Source: a virus
Strand: one strand, 5' to 3'
Virus record (IMG/VR): IMGVR_UViG_3300031541_000022
Span: 41,155 to 105,154 of that record
Length of the DNA stretch: 64,000 bases
The position numbers were made by a program, and so were the translations under genes. The notes below the pieces were generated by a model that worked only from the letters and a program-made list of their open reading frames with translations, was not told the origin of the DNA and searched no databases. Positions 63,701-64,000 of the stretch are shown here, piece by piece. The stretch's first letter is position 1; each line of letters begins with the position of its first letter.

Positions 63701-63831
63701 CAACAAATCAATCTTCTATTTGGATACTAAGCGAAGATAATAGTTCAGTGGAAGTCATGCAGATTCCACCTAGGTTAACTGCTCCGGTCATTGAATCTGT
63801 TGGTAATGGCGAAGTTACAATTAGCACATAG
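60742..63831 (+). CDS. Subtilisin-like (S8) serine protease with propeptide and C-terminal beta domains
   Basis: Catalytic D (LLDSG), H (NHGTG), oxyanion N (NNSWS), S (GTSPA); acidic Pro-rich linker; jelly-roll-like C-terminus. Confidence 0.85.
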   Translation: MERSERARVYEVELKEGYERHDLELTLQNYPFEIHKDYAALPLCFRLIAPEGMTTEQAHAAIESMRCIEGKGLKGDKPIAKLEADVTPVNFRSVNNRPVDIRRNDLVGAPRSLNGDGLEWSPAFRAGWQVQRVAARDGRNPQWTTESNEFYDYRVNAVGNGVDYFLLDSGADPDHYEFSEDEYGSRVQVIYDDFYEVGTDDQNHGTGMVSTGAGRTFGLARNTRIIACKAFDGNNSGNSTAITESFNEFVTFYQNDNKNRPAIMNNSWSTTSSTAFTAAKNACINAGIFLVSSGGNTGNDKFNYPAAYNDVLGVMASSIGDNRAIFSTIGSQNDVWAPGRDTLQAWRGNTYAWADGTSPAAGITTGVICAMLQGYGKATSRAEVEALFTYLTTDGLGCIDNIGRGFHDGPRKMIYLGDRDASTMPRIPGWRMRVAPWFNDIRTESVQRHVTTYTKAIGPTIQKRREWDERLPKDLIAVNTRRFDSEGNIVEGGQGEELPVDPTLQSIVEGGDGTVGTLPTIKFPPGFFNEQIPRRRGSRRNVFRRPQPPQDADQDPVDDPDFDLTPSEQEDNENDRGDTSPPTDQPVVTDPIGDDPSANAYQVSGFGTWRLNNDGLAGEGATDMRALGTIDNIDRNDGDGDSMLIPGRSTENRAYTGSSNQANSRMYRPMPIRMTPDSNPVYLTDFMPNLDFTDSTLGNWVQSGPGTPELKTTSSSLFPYEGILMFEGTGGADSAITQTQDLPALVSLAEVDKGNMYLYFEAWFGPTSSISADAARVRVEALDGSDVFLGTPYDSGAVTGNTTANSWTDQGAYRDEQLLPVGTRKLRVVVSAIFGASTVINMAVSGLYGILYEGTTEGERNIIQVDNGTAGYQVGSLTRSFNIDSDDAGRLELTMYGLGQDAGFSQRLANYSSDYFSPYKWTDVYLRRSIPAGTRVVHVGVRFLRRAGTFINSYWRDFRFNIVAGAVDRRRGSTHRSFSTGKQPTITTNQSSIWILSEDNSSVEVMQIPPRLTAPVIESVGNGEVTIST

Positions 63832-63863
63832 ATAGTAATCTTTTAGGTGTAAGAAAGAATATA

Positions 63864-64000
63864 ATGGTAACAATGAATTTATTAAATTGGTTTAACAGAA
63901 CTCCAGTCGCAATTGAAGTAGAGCACGTACAAGTACAAGAAGAAACTGTATCTCTTCCAAGTATCGTTCTTATACATGGAGCACATCAATCCAATGTGAC
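63864..64000 (+). CDS. Alpha/beta-hydrolase-like protein, 3'-truncated by the window edge
   Basis: MVTMNLLNW...IVLIHGAHQS open to the end. Confidence 0.45.
   Translation, partial: MVTMNLLNWFNRTPVAIEVEHVQVQEETVSLPSIVLIHGAHQSNV

Noticed and set aside
1-64000. Nucleus-forming jumbo-phage hallmarks (chimallin, PhuZ, multisubunit RNAP) or eukaryotic-virus origin
   Set aside because: None were recognised. T4-like core genes, SD sites and sigma70/late promoters indicate a T4-related bacteriophage.

Overview
A 64-kb segment of a large T4-like contractile-tailed phage genome, almost entirely coded on the + strand. It holds tail and head genes (tail tube, gp4-like nuclease, large terminase, probable internal head proteins, PAAR spike, tail fibre) and replication/recombination genes (gp32, UvsX, UvsY, UvsW, primase, DnaB-like helicase, a 190-aa DnaE-like protein, an intein-containing class II RNR). 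It also has an unusually rich set of translation and proteostasis genes: IF3, S21, Pth2, Hsp20, ClpS and a circularly permuted two-piece tmRNA. The permuted tmRNA, a ROSE-type thermometer and DUF3563-like microproteins point to an alphaproteobacterial host (inference). Findings the ORF track does not show: (1) two promoter classes (sigma70-like TTGACA-17-TAnnnT and T4-late-like (T)ATAAATA), with nine genes whose ATG sits at the predicted +1 and has no Shine-Dalgarno, i.e. leaderless mRNAs; (2) late promoters embedded in hairpins that would hide the RBS or AUG in read-through RNA; (3) a ROSE element on hsp20 and an SD-aligned ATT codon on infC; (4) an adjacent nucleotidyltransferase and RNA-ligase-like pair with virion-targeting-like N-termini; (5) a terminator-bounded operon of four 39-53 aa microproteins behind a TGC-rich operator-like site; (6) many decayed homing endonucleases and an amber-interrupted DNA methyltransferase. 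All family assignments come from motifs recognised by eye; no database searches were run.
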